From: an uncultured Methanosarcinales archaeon | GTDB taxonomy: Archaea > Nanobdellota > Nanobdellia > Woesearchaeales > CAZOXR01 | Assembly (NCBI GenBank): GCA_964566535.1 | Contig: CAZMIO010000001.1 | Location: 247,751 to 311,750, forward strand | DNA: 64,000 nt | Direction of reading: 5' to 3' | Notes under the pieces: model-generated | What the model was told of the DNA's origin: nothing | Seen by the model: the letters and a program-made list of their open reading frames with translations, nothing else | The model's database searches: none | Position numbers and translations under genes: made by a program | Shown here: in pieces, positions 38,142 to 47,594 of the stretch | Position numbering within the stretch: position 1 is the stretch's first letter | Layout of the letters: each line of letters opens with the position of its first letter

Positions 38142-38798
38142 ATGGAGAAAAAGGACTTTAAGGGGACATTAAAGAAGATATGGCAATTTATTTGGGAAGA
38201 AGACAGTATATGGAGCTGGATAGTAAATATTGTGCTTGCTTTTGTGCTGATAAAATTTATTGTGTATCCAGGTCTTGGGCTTGTACTAGCAACTGATTTT
38301 CCGATTGTAGCTGTTGTTTCTGGTTCAATGCATCATGATGAAGGTTTTGATGATTGGTGGGAAAAAGGTGGGAAGTGGTACACAGATAATGACATTACAA
38401 AAGAGGATTTTCTTGGTTATCCTTCCAAAAATGGGTTTTCAAAAGGAGATATTATGGTTTTGAATGGTAAAGAACCAAAAGATATAAAAATAGGGGACAT
38501 TGTTGTTTTTAAGAGTCATGCTGGAAGACCTAGACCAGACCCAATTATTCATAGAGTTGTGAAAAAATGGGATGAGGAAGGAGATTATTTTTTCCAGACT
38601 AAGGGAGATAACTATAGGACGAATAAAAACTCAATAAATAGTTGCGACCTAACCGGCTGTATTGATGAGACAAGGATAACTGAAGAGCAGATTTTAGGAA
38701 ATGCTCTGATTAAGGTTCCTTTCCTTGGATATGTTAAGATATGGTTTGTCGAGGCGGTTTGTGTGTTTAATGATTTTAACTTTTGTATAAGGTCATAA
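38142..38798 (+). CDS. Signal peptidase I (Sec11/ER-type)
   Basis: VVSGSM, GDIVVF, IIHRV, TKGDN, VPFLGY. Confidence 0.9.
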   Translation: MEKKDFKGTLKKIWQFIWEEDSIWSWIVNIVLAFVLIKFIVYPGLGLVLATDFPIVAVVSGSMHHDEGFDDWWEKGGKWYTDNDITKEDFLGYPSKNGFSKGDIMVLNGKEPKDIKIGDIVVFKSHAGRPRPDPIIHRVVKKWDEEGDYFFQTKGDNYRTNKNSINSCDLTGCIDETRITEEQILGNALIKVPFLGYVKIWFVEAVCVFNDFNFCIRS

Positions 38799-38817
38799 AA
38801 TGAAATGGTGATGTAAA

Positions 38818-39141
38818 ATGTTTTGCCCAAAATGTGGATCAATTTTGATGCCTAAGAAAGATGAAAAGAAAAAGAAGGCTTTAGTGTGTTCTTGTGGTTA
38901 TAAGACTAATAAATTTGAGAATGTTAAGATAAAGGAAGCTATAAGTGGTCCTGTAAAGGAAGTTGAAGTTATTGAGAAGAATTCTGATCTTGAGACGCTA
39001 CCAAAGACAAAGGTAGTATGTCCTAAATGTGCTCACAATGAGGCTTATTTTTGGCTTTTGCAGACAAGGGCTGGAGACGAACCTGAAACTAAATTCTTGA
39101 AGTGTGTTAAATGTGGGCATACCTGGAGAGATTATAATTAA
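38818..39141 (+). CDS. tfs: Transcription factor S (TFS/RpoM)
   Basis: MFCPKCGS; CPKC..QTRAGDEPET.F.KCVKCGHTWR. Confidence 0.95.
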   Translation: MFCPKCGSILMPKKDEKKKKALVCSCGYKTNKFENVKIKEAISGPVKEVEVIEKNSDLETLPKTKVVCPKCAHNEAYFWLLQTRAGDEPETKFLKCVKCGHTWRDYN

Positions 39142-39179
39142 CACAAAGCTTTATAAATGAGGAATATTTTCCACATTCT

Positions 39180-39566
39180 ATGGCAGTTAGTCAAACAATG
39201 TCAAAGAGAAAAGAAAGCGGTGGAAGGTATATTGCTTATAAGAAAGAAAAGCAGTATGAATTAGGAAGAGAACCATCGCTGACCAAAGTAGAGAAAAAGA
39301 AAAGGTCCATGAAGATAAGGACCTTAGGAAATAACAGAAAGATTAGATTGTTGAGTATTGATGAAGCTAATATTCTAGATCCTAAAACTAAGAAACATAA
39401 GAAAGTTAAGATAAAGACCATAACTGGTAGTCCTGCAAACAAACATTTTGTTAGACGAAATATAATGACAAAAGGTGCAGAAATAGACACAGAAATGGGT
39501 AAGGCTAAAATAACTTCAAGACCAGGACAAGATGGAACAGTTAATGCTGTTTTGATTTCTAAATAA
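39180..39566 (+). CDS. rps8e: 30S ribosomal protein eS8
   Basis: SKRKESGGR, ELGR, RRNIMTKGA, SRPGQDGTVNA. Confidence 0.97.
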   Translation: MAVSQTMSKRKESGGRYIAYKKEKQYELGREPSLTKVEKKKRSMKIRTLGNNRKIRLLSIDEANILDPKTKKHKKVKIKTITGSPANKHFVRRNIMTKGAEIDTEMGKAKITSRPGQDGTVNAVLISK

Positions 39567-39569
39567 ATT

Positions 39570-40229
39570 TTAAGTTCTTTGTGTGTTTCTGTCGTACATT
39601 CTTTTTAATCTATCAGAAATATGAGCTACATATTTTTTTCGTGCTGTATGGTCTTTTTTGCCTTCTATATCTGGGTTGTAAAGTGTACTATCTGGGTCTT
39701 GCTGTCCTCTGATTCTTCTTAGAGGTTGTTGTAATGATTCTGCAAATTGATCTCTTGCTTCATCGTCAATAGTAGCCATCCTTTCTTTTAATTGACCTGG
39801 ATTTGTAGGGTGGTCTGTAAATCCCCTTCTCCTCATTGTCCTTACCCCACTGTATGTTTCCATCCCATAGCCTACAAGTGAGGATATTTGGTCTTCAAAG
39901 TCCATTGCCATGAATTCTTCTTGATTCACTCCAGAAATATCGGAAGGTCTGTGATTAGGGTTTCTTAATTGACCAACACCAGCATACAAAGCTAGGATTT
40001 CAGCAGAATTTAACATAACTAGTATATCATGAGGTACAGTTGAGTTATTAAGTCCGGTAACTATTCTTTCTAGAGCGGCGTAGTTTTCATTGGCAATTTC
40101 ACTTCTAGAGGTTCCACTTCTAAATTGCCCCATACTTCCTTGTGTTATCCCGTAACCAGGTAGTGTATTAACTAATCCTCCCTCTCCATTATCTGGATGT
40201 ACTAAATCTAATTCTAATTGTTGTCCCAT
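39570..40229 (-). CDS. Hypothetical protein (Lys-poor orphan)
   Basis: 219-aa ORF with TATA ~25 nt upstream; no recognised motif. Confidence 0.6.
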   Translation of the reverse strand: MGQQLELDLVHPDNGEGGLVNTLPGYGITQGSMGQFRSGTSRSEIANENYAALERIVTGLNNSTVPHDILVMLNSAEILALYAGVGQLRNPNHRPSDISGVNQEEFMAMDFEDQISSLVGYGMETYSGVRTMRRRGFTDHPTNPGQLKERMATIDDEARDQFAESLQQPLRRIRGQQDPDSTLYNPDIEGKKDHTARKKYVAHISDRLKRMYDRNTQRT

Positions 40230-40315
40230 ATAAATAGGTATATTTGGTACTCTTATAAAAGTATGGTTTGGTGATTTTCAATAACATTTTATATTCTTTT
40301 GAGTTTGTTTTTTGT

Positions 40316-41728
40316 ATGGTAGAACGTCATTTATTGTATGGAGATGATGATAACGGGATAGTTGCAGTTGAACATGTTGGTCAGGAAGCTGTTTTGTTTA
40401 GACGAGATTCTATTGATGATTTAGTTACAGCTGAGAGACAAGAGTTTCATCCTTATGTTCTTGCTACTGATGCTGTTTTTGATAATGGTATATATGGGAG
40501 GATGAATGGTGGTGGATTGGTTGAAGGTGTTGACAGGTTACATGGTGAAGGATATGATAGAATTGTTTATCTTAGAGATATGGAAGCATGGGACTCTTTT
40601 GTTAGAGGTGTTATTGGTAAACGAAGTATTCCATCTATGCATAATCTTGCTCAAAGTGGTTTGGTCTATGGTGTAAATAGAAATCCAGTAATGCAGTTTA
40701 AGGTTAAAGAGGGTAAGACTGAGATGAAGGGTATTGAGTATAGTGATGTACGTAGGATGACAGTAGATGTTCAGGCGTTGAGTACGGTATATAGGGATGG
40801 TCTGAAGGAGCAGAATAGATTTATGAGGGAAGGTCCGGATAATATTGTTTGTATTAGTTTTGCTACAAAGGATTATACAAGTACAGTTAGGACGTATTCA
40901 TATTCACAAGGTGTTTCTGAAAAAGATCTGATAAATGTTTTTGTCAATTTAGTCATGGGTTATGATCCTGATGTTTTGGAGTTCACTAATCTTGATGACT
41001 TTAGATTATTGTGGGAGAGAGCTCAATTTTATGGTATGGATCTTTTTGTTGGAAGAGAGCTTCCTGGAGTTCCTGAACGGATGCTATTGCCACAGGTTGA
41101 GGTGGGTGGTTATGATGGTCAGTCAAGAGCCGCATTTAGAAGGCATGTTTTTGGGAGGCAAGTTGTTGAGACAAGGCCCGATGATATGGGTGATTTGTTT
41201 ATTCCTGACAGGATTGTTGAAGAAGGTATTGGTGAAAGGATTGGAGTTTACATGGATTATTTAAGGATGAGGAATTTGTTGTTTAGTAAGAGCGACAGTA
41301 TTGGGAATTTGTGGTTAAGGAGTTCTCAGGATGTAAAGGATTTTTCTCATGCTTCTGCTCTATCTGCTTTTGGGCTGAGTGAAGAGAGGCATGCTGTTAG
41401 GAAAGTGAAAGCTCAAATGAGTGCTGCTTCATTTGAGGGTGTTATGAAGTTTGGTGATGGGACTCATCTTAATCATATGGTTATGAGGGAGTATTTGAGA
41501 GCAGGATTAGCTATTCCTGTTCCTGAGCCGATAGTTAGGGGGAAGGATGAGAAGGTTGGAGGGGAGACTAGAGCTAGTGTTGGACTTTTTACTAATGGTG
41601 CTAAATATGATTTTGAAAGTCATTGGCCTAAGACTTCTATCATTAATGAGGAATGTCCTTCTACTGATGAGTTAGGTGTTCATCAGGGATTGAATCAACT
41701 GGAGGTAAAAGATCATCTACACCACTAA
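40316..41728 (+). CDS. Degenerate, C-terminally truncated family B DNA polymerase-like protein
   Basis: FHPYVL N-domain; exo-like RRMTVDVQ, SEKDLIN.F..LV..YDPDVL, GRQVV; motif A-like KYDFESHWPKTSII; ORF stops before motifs B/C. Confidence 0.65.
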   Translation: MVERHLLYGDDDNGIVAVEHVGQEAVLFRRDSIDDLVTAERQEFHPYVLATDAVFDNGIYGRMNGGGLVEGVDRLHGEGYDRIVYLRDMEAWDSFVRGVIGKRSIPSMHNLAQSGLVYGVNRNPVMQFKVKEGKTEMKGIEYSDVRRMTVDVQALSTVYRDGLKEQNRFMREGPDNIVCISFATKDYTSTVRTYSYSQGVSEKDLINVFVNLVMGYDPDVLEFTNLDDFRLLWERAQFYGMDLFVGRELPGVPERMLLPQVEVGGYDGQSRAAFRRHVFGRQVVETRPDDMGDLFIPDRIVEEGIGERIGVYMDYLRMRNLLFSKSDSIGNLWLRSSQDVKDFSHASALSAFGLSEERHAVRKVKAQMSAASFEGVMKFGDGTHLNHMVMREYLRAGLAIPVPEPIVRGKDEKVGGETRASVGLFTNGAKYDFESHWPKTSIINEECPSTDELGVHQGLNQLEVKDHLHH

Positions 41729-42125
41729 ATCTTCTTCTTAGTTCGTGATGAGATTTTACTGGTTCTCTTAAGCGACCTCCCCATAAATTGATATGTCTCT
41801 CTCTAGATTCATCAGGTTCTAATACGGCATTAATAGAAAAAGAATCTGGTGAATGAGTAAATTGCGCATATAGAGGAAAGTAAACTGTTGCTAAATAGGC
41901 TGATTCCCCTATTTTAATAGGAACTGTCATTCCAGTACTATCAACGTCTAAAGTGGGCAATCTAACGACAAGTCCTGCTTGGATTATATCTGTTAAGAGC
42001 GATAGTTCCTGTTCTGTTGCAGTTACTAATCCTTCTCCCCCAACTTTCTCCTGATATCTCTCTACTTGGATTGCTAACCCCATATGAATGTGTGCTCCTC
42101 CCATGCTATCTGCTGTATTTCCCAT
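41661..42125 (-). CDS. Hypothetical protein (Lys-poor orphan)
   Basis: ORF convergent on, and overlapping by 68 nt, the PolB-like gene; start uncertain. Confidence 0.5.
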   Translation of the reverse strand: MGNTADSMGGAHIHMGLAIQVERYQEKVGGEGLVTATEQELSLLTDIIQAGLVVRLPTLDVDSTGMTVPIKIGESAYLATVYFPLYAQFTHSPDSFSINAVLEPDESRERHINLWGGRLREPVKSHHELRRRFSGVDDLLPPVDSIPDEHLTHQ

Positions 42126-42238
42126 GGACAAAAGAATCTAATATTCTTTTAAAAGGTTTTTTATGATTAATAATTTGGTAGTGATTGAGAAAGATTTAAA
42201 TAACACTAAATAAATTGATATTTTAGAGGTGTTTTACT

Positions 42239-42712
42239 ATGTCATTTATGGATAAATTAATGTTCTGGAAGAAAAGTGATGATTTTGGAAAGGATTTAGA
42301 GATGGGTCTTGATAAAGGTCTAGCTGCTCACGATGCAGGGATGGGCGGACCTGGTGGACCTGGAGGTCCTGGTACAGAGATGGGTGGACATGATCCTGGT
42401 TTAGGCGGGCAAGGTATGGGTATGGGTGGACATGATCCTGGTTTTGGTGCTCCACCACAGCAACCTTCATATGGTCAGTCTCCTTCGATGGGGCAACCAC
42501 CACAACAAATGGCTCCACCTCAACAATTTCAACAACCTGCTCCTCCGATGATGCCTCAGCAACAAGGGGGACAAGAAGTTGTTGGTAAGGATTTTGAGAT
42601 TGTATCCAGCAAACTAGATGGTTTAAGGGCTACACTTGAGAGTATTAATCAGAGACTAGCTAATTTAGAAAGAGTTGCGTATGGTGAGCATGATAGAAAA
42701 AAAGAGTGGTAA
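42239..42712 (+). CDS. Gly/Pro/Gln-rich low-complexity protein with C-terminal coiled coil
   Basis: GAGGTG SD; MGGHDPG repeated twice; C-terminal IVSSKLDGLRATLESINQRLANLE heptads. Confidence 0.75.
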   Translation: MSFMDKLMFWKKSDDFGKDLEMGLDKGLAAHDAGMGGPGGPGGPGTEMGGHDPGLGGQGMGMGGHDPGFGAPPQQPSYGQSPSMGQPPQQMAPPQQFQQPAPPMMPQQQGGQEVVGKDFEIVSSKLDGLRATLESINQRLANLERVAYGEHDRKKEW

Positions 42713-43139
42713 AGCCAAATTTGTTTTTTTTAGTGCTTTAATTGTTTTAGTTCTTGACCAAATTACTAAATATTTTGTTTCTGTGAATATAACTGGTCCA
42801 ATCCCTGTGATTTTAGGTGTTTTTCATTTAGTTTTTATTAAAAATACAGGTGCTGGTTTTGGGCTCTTTAAAGGTCAGCAAGGATTATTGATATTTATTT
42901 CTGTTTTTGTTGTTGGACTGATACTTTATTATTATAATAAGATTCCTGCTAAGGGTTATGTTCCACTGTCTGTTGGTTTGTTGTTGGGTGGGACTATTGG
43001 GAATTTAATTGACAGAATAAGGTTAGGTTATGTTATTGATTTTTTAGATTTTAGAATATGGCCTTCATTTAATGTTGCTGATTCTGCAATTACTGTTGGT
43101 GCTATTATGTTGATGGTTTATTTTATGAAGAAGGAGTAA
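42690..43139 (+). CDS. lspA: Lipoprotein signal peptidase (signal peptidase II)
   Basis: LDQITK, NTGAGFG, GGTIGNLIDR, VIDF, FNVADSAI with both catalytic Asp; four TM segments. Confidence 0.92.
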   Translation: MIEKKSGKAKFVFFSALIVLVLDQITKYFVSVNITGPIPVILGVFHLVFIKNTGAGFGLFKGQQGLLIFISVFVVGLILYYYNKIPAKGYVPLSVGLLLGGTIGNLIDRIRLGYVIDFLDFRIWPSFNVADSAITVGAIMLMVYFMKKE

Positions 43140-43228
43140 AATGAATTGTTGTTGAGTTTTCTTAGTAATTATCCAAAAGTAGTAACTGATCAAAAACCTT
43201 TATAAATTAACATTCATTTCTGGCTGTA

Positions 43229-44476
43229 ATGCAATTAGCTAAGAGATCAGAAGATCAAGATAAACTAGTAGATATGATTAGAGAATACTTAGCAATTGCT
43301 GGTGGAGTAGTTGAGCAGACTTTAGATAATTTGGATATTGATGAAGGAAGGCTTCATGATATAGTAAGGGAAGGTAGAGTAAAAATAAGAGAAGCAGATC
43401 CGAAGAATGGTGTTTTCTTGGAACAAAATGCACTTCAAACTAGATTGGTTGAATATTTGGCGAGTAATCTCCCATTATTCGGTAGTCCAGATTGGTTTGC
43501 TGATGAATCAAGAGTTCCATTTTATGATGAATTGAGCAGATTAGAACGGATTCGTTTAGATATTGTAATGTCTCTTGAAGATCACAGATTAGCCAATTTT
43601 GTAGGTCATGATCTGAATCAGGTGCGATCAGATTCGTTTCTACCACTTTTTAATACTGGGCCAAATGGTTATGTGGATCATTTCATTGCTGAGGGTCAGG
43701 AAGTAGATTTAGATATGAGTATAAAAGAATATGAGCATAATTGTAGACAATCACTTGATATTGTTAGTTTTCCATTTGAATTTCTTCTTGAACTAGCAAC
43801 AGGTGAATCAAGAAGTACATTTACACCAAGAGAGATGGCGGATAAAGTAGGTGCTGCCTTAAAAAACAGATTCTGCCATATCACTTATGGGGGGGGAGTT
43901 GAGATAGTCAATAATATTCCTGAAGATATTGAATTAACAAGAAACCACCTTAGTTACCTTTCTTTTATTCAAAACACCCTGAAGAATGCTTTGTACCGTG
44001 CAGAGAATTTATGCGGTTATTCTAATGAAGATCAAGAACGTTATGGACTTCCTCCTTTGAATCATGACTTAAAATACAGGATTGAATTTAGTGTGGTTGA
44101 ACGTGGAGATGGAGTGAGTACTTTAGTCTGCTCACAAAATTTCCCTGGGCCAGATCTTTACAATCTTTTAGCACGTGGAGGAGAACTAGTGGAATCTGGT
44201 CATGAGACTACTCTAGATCTTGAATCTGTTCAGAGGTACAAACGGTGGGTAGCAGACGAGTTAGGTATGCCGTTCTTGGACCTTACGTTTGGTGATGCGG
44301 TTGAGATAATGTTTGAGGAAGGGATGACACTAAGTGAATATCCTGTTGCAAGTTCTGGTACTGGTCTTTTTGCTGTAAGAAATATCCATGGTGGGATTGT
44401 TGGCGGAAGAGTTGGATGTTGTTATGATAAAGAAAGGATATTTAAGTTCTTTATGGATATGCCTGATGCTGCTTAG
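43229..44476 (+). CDS. Orphan with degenerate HATPase_c-like C-terminus
   Basis: N-box-like QNTLKNA, G2-box-like SSGTGL; no clear H-box. Confidence 0.5.
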   Translation: MQLAKRSEDQDKLVDMIREYLAIAGGVVEQTLDNLDIDEGRLHDIVREGRVKIREADPKNGVFLEQNALQTRLVEYLASNLPLFGSPDWFADESRVPFYDELSRLERIRLDIVMSLEDHRLANFVGHDLNQVRSDSFLPLFNTGPNGYVDHFIAEGQEVDLDMSIKEYEHNCRQSLDIVSFPFEFLLELATGESRSTFTPREMADKVGAALKNRFCHITYGGGVEIVNNIPEDIELTRNHLSYLSFIQNTLKNALYRAENLCGYSNEDQERYGLPPLNHDLKYRIEFSVVERGDGVSTLVCSQNFPGPDLYNLLARGGELVESGHETTLDLESVQRYKRWVADELGMPFLDLTFGDAVEIMFEEGMTLSEYPVASSGTGLFAVRNIHGGIVGGRVGCCYDKERIFKFFMDMPDAA

Positions 44477-44477
44477 G

Positions 44478-45344
44478 TTAATCTTCCCCTTCGAACTGTT
44501 CATGGGGTTTGATATCTTCCCATAGCTTTCTTGCCCTTTCTAGCCTTTCCATGTTACCGGTGTCGAACCATTGTCCTGCGAATGGGAATCCTCTTAATCT
44601 GCCTTCTTCAGCTAGTTTTGGGAAGACGTCTTTTTCTAACATGGAGAATTTGTTTTCTGGAATCATATCAAGGACTTCTGGTTCTAGGATGTAGAACCCA
44701 GAATTGATTAGATTTGAAGGTGCTTCTTCTTTTTTTGGTTTTTCTACAAACTCTAATATTCTTGAGCCGGATAGTCTTGCAACACCATATTGTGTGGAGT
44801 CATTAACTGTTGTTAATGCTATTGTTGCTAATGCGTTTTTTCTTTTGTGGAGTCTAAACATTCTTGGGATGTTGATTTTCTTTAATTCGTCTCCATTAGA
44901 ACAGATGAAGCTGTCAGTTAATTGGTCTTTTGCCATCTTTAGTGGTCCTGCTGTTCCTAATGGTTTTGTTTCTTCAATATAATTTACATTAACTCCAAAC
45001 TTTGATCCGTCTTGATAGTAATCTTTAATTGTTTCTCTTAGGTGGCCTACAGCTAAAGTAACATCACGTATACCATACTTCTTTAGTAAATCGAAAAGGT
45101 GTTCTGTTAAAGTTTTTCCATGAATATCAATTAATGCTTTTGGTGTTTTAAGGGTTAATGGTCTTAGCCTTGTGCCAATGCCTCCTGCTAAGATCACTGC
45201 TCTTTTTGGAATTTGAGTGCCTAATGCTTCTTTTAGGATTAGTTCAATCTCTTGAGATCTGTTCTTTATCTCTTCTCCGTCAACTCTCTTGTCTACTTGA
45301 GCTAGAAGGTCGGTATCCAAAGTTATTGTAATTCGCTCTTTCAT
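44478..45344 (-). CDS. Ribbon-helix-helix domain fused to sugar-phosphate nucleotidyltransferase domain
   Basis: N-terminal MKERITITLDTDLLAQVD..NRSQEIELILKEAL (CopG/NikR-like RHH); ILAGGIGTRLRPLT..PK, PLGTAG, NGD, FVEKP, WFDTG. Confidence 0.85.
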   Translation of the reverse strand: MKERITITLDTDLLAQVDKRVDGEEIKNRSQEIELILKEALGTQIPKRAVILAGGIGTRLRPLTLKTPKALIDIHGKTLTEHLFDLLKKYGIRDVTLAVGHLRETIKDYYQDGSKFGVNVNYIEETKPLGTAGPLKMAKDQLTDSFICSNGDELKKINIPRMFRLHKRKNALATIALTTVNDSTQYGVARLSGSRILEFVEKPKKEEAPSNLINSGFYILEPEVLDMIPENKFSMLEKDVFPKLAEEGRLRGFPFAGQWFDTGNMERLERARKLWEDIKPHEQFEGED

Positions 45345-45389
45345 GAAGATTTATAGTATATTAGAGAGTATTTAAACCTTTCTATTTTC

Positions 45390-45407
45390 GTATGATAGTG
45401 TATGATA
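45390..45407. promoter_or_regulatory. Tandem direct repeat GTATGATA x2, candidate operator in divergent promoter
   Basis: GTATGATA at 45390-45397 and 45400-45407, between TATA boxes at ~45369-45376 and 45417-45424. Confidence 0.5.
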
Positions 45408-45453
45408 ATCGAAATATTTAAATATTAGGTGTATTTAGGATTAATTAGGTAAA

Positions 45454-46389
45454 ATGGACAGAAACCTAGCATTGGAATTTGTAAGGGTTACAGAAGCTGC
45501 AGCTATAGCCTGCTCTAAGTGGATGGGTAAGGGTGATAAGATATCTGCTGATAAAGCTGCTGTGGATGCTATGAGGTCTAGATTTAATTCTGTTGATTTT
45601 GATGGAGAAGTTGTTATTGGTGAAGGGGAGAAGGATGAGGCTCCATTGCTGTTTATTGGGGAAGAAATAGGCACTAAGAAAGGTATTAAAGTTGATATTG
45701 CAGTTGATCCTCTTGAATGTACTTCTAATTTAGCTAAAGGCAAGCCAAATGCTATATCTGTTCTTGCTGCTGCTCCTAAGGGTTGTTTGTTAAAGGCTCC
45801 TGGAACTTACATGGACCAATTATGTGTTGGGCCTCAGGCTAAAGGTGTTATTGATATTAAAACTGATGTTAAGACTAATCTTACTAATGTTGCAAAAGCT
45901 CTTGATAAAGAAATTGGAGAAGTTACAGTTATATTATTAGATAGGCCTAGGCATGAACAATTGGTTAAGGACATTAGAGATGCTGGAGCAAAGATTAGAT
46001 TAATCGGACATGGGACAGTTTCTGCTGGTGTTGCAGCAGCTCTTCCTGATTCTGGAATAGATGTTATGATGGGGATTGGTGGTGCTCCTGAGGCCGTTAT
46101 TACTGCTGCTGCTTTGAAGAGTTTAGGTGGAGATATGCAAGGAATATTGAAGCCGCATGATGATAAATGTATTAAGCAGGCTGAAGAAATGGGCATTAGT
46201 GCTGAGAAAGTTTTTGGGCTAGAAGATTTGGCTAAGGGCGATGAGGTTATGTTTGTGGCTACTGGTATTAGTGATGGGCCATTGCTAAAAGGAATTGTTG
46301 TAGGGTGTGATGATATTACTACTCATTCAATTGTTATGAGAGCTAAGACAGGTACAATTAGGCATGTTGAAGCTAAACATAGATGTTAA
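45454..46389 (+). CDS. glpX: Fructose-1,6-bisphosphatase class II
   Basis: RVTEAAA, VVIGEGEKDEAP, DIAVDPLE.T, LDRPRH, GIGGAPE, ATGISDG. Confidence 0.93.
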   Translation: MDRNLALEFVRVTEAAAIACSKWMGKGDKISADKAAVDAMRSRFNSVDFDGEVVIGEGEKDEAPLLFIGEEIGTKKGIKVDIAVDPLECTSNLAKGKPNAISVLAAAPKGCLLKAPGTYMDQLCVGPQAKGVIDIKTDVKTNLTNVAKALDKEIGEVTVILLDRPRHEQLVKDIRDAGAKIRLIGHGTVSAGVAAALPDSGIDVMMGIGGAPEAVITAAALKSLGGDMQGILKPHDDKCIKQAEEMGISAEKVFGLEDLAKGDEVMFVATGISDGPLLKGIVVGCDDITTHSIVMRAKTGTIRHVEAKHRC

Positions 46390-46408
46390 ACAAAAAAGGG
46401 TGGATATA

Positions 46409-47539
46409 ATGAATGAACCTATACCAAGTAATAGGATATTTAAGGCTTTGAAAGATAAGGGGTGCATAATACTTGCGTGCAATACTCGGATTACAATAGG
46501 TGTTGCAAAAGGTATTTTTAGGGCGGCTAAGGATTTAGATGCTGCTTTAATTACAGAATTGGCAAGGACTGAATGTAACCAACATGTTGGTTATTCTGGG
46601 TTGACTCCAGAAACATTGGCTAGGAATTTGAAAGAGGCTAATGAAGAAGTTGGACATGATATATGGGCACTACATGCTGACCATATTGGGATAAAGAAAG
46701 GAGATGCACAGGACATTTCGGATACAAAAGAGTTAATTGAGGCTCAGATTAAGGCAGGGTATACAAGCTTTGCAATTGATGCTTCGCATCTGTTTGATTT
46801 TGAAGGAAAAACAGTTGAGGAGGAGTTGGCGCCTAATCTAGCGGCAACTATTGAAATAGGGAAATTTATTCAAGAAAAAATGGCAGGCAATGAATTTGGT
46901 CTTGAGGTTGAGGTTGGAGAAATTGGTAGAAAGGGTGCCGAAGGTATGATACTTACAAAGCCAGAGGAAGCAGTTACTTATATTACAAAACTGCATGAAG
47001 CTGGAATTTCGCCAAATGTTATTGCTATTGCAAATGGTTCAACTCATGGAAATATTTATGATGGGGATGGCAAGCCAGTTGCTCAGGTTACAATTGATAT
47101 TGAGCAGACAAAAGCGGTTGCTGCGGCACTTAGAGATAATAAATTTGATGTTAGGATTGCACAGCATGGAATAACTGGAACTCCACTTGAGATCATTAAG
47201 GATAAGTTCCCACACGGAGATATTTTGAAAGGGAACGTTGCAACTTTGTTTCAGAACATTGTTTTTGACAATCTGAAGAAGTTCCATCCTGAACTGCATC
47301 AAGAGATGGTTGATTGGGTGCTTGAGAATAAGCCGATGGAAGGGAAAAACCCTGAGATGGTATTTGGAAGGAATGGTAAGTATGCTACAAAGGTGTTTTT
47401 TGACAAGATATATGCAATGAGTGATGAATGTAGAGCAGCTATTGAGGAAGAGTCATATAATGCTGCTTCAGATCATATTAAAGCGTTTAAGTCAGAAGGT
47501 AGTGCAGCTATTGTTAGAGAAGCGATGAAGAATGAGTAG
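46409..47539 (+). CDS. fba: Class II fructose-bisphosphate aldolase
   Basis: LHADH, IDASH, EVEVGEIG, NGSTHG, AQHGITG, KGNVAT. Confidence 0.88.
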   Translation: MNEPIPSNRIFKALKDKGCIILACNTRITIGVAKGIFRAAKDLDAALITELARTECNQHVGYSGLTPETLARNLKEANEEVGHDIWALHADHIGIKKGDAQDISDTKELIEAQIKAGYTSFAIDASHLFDFEGKTVEEELAPNLAATIEIGKFIQEKMAGNEFGLEVEVGEIGRKGAEGMILTKPEEAVTYITKLHEAGISPNVIAIANGSTHGNIYDGDGKPVAQVTIDIEQTKAVAAALRDNKFDVRIAQHGITGTPLEIIKDKFPHGDILKGNVATLFQNIVFDNLKKFHPELHQEMVDWVLENKPMEGKNPEMVFGRNGKYATKVFFDKIYAMSDECRAAIEEESYNAASDHIKAFKSEGSAAIVREAMKNE

Positions 47540-47594
47540 AATTTTCGGAAATTTATAGAAAAAACATATATACATAAAACTGGAGGAGAATAGA

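Noticed and set aside
42345..42445. Short direct repeats (GGACCTGGT, ATGGGTGGACATGATCCTGGT)
   Set aside because: Explained by the encoded Gly/Pro peptide repeats
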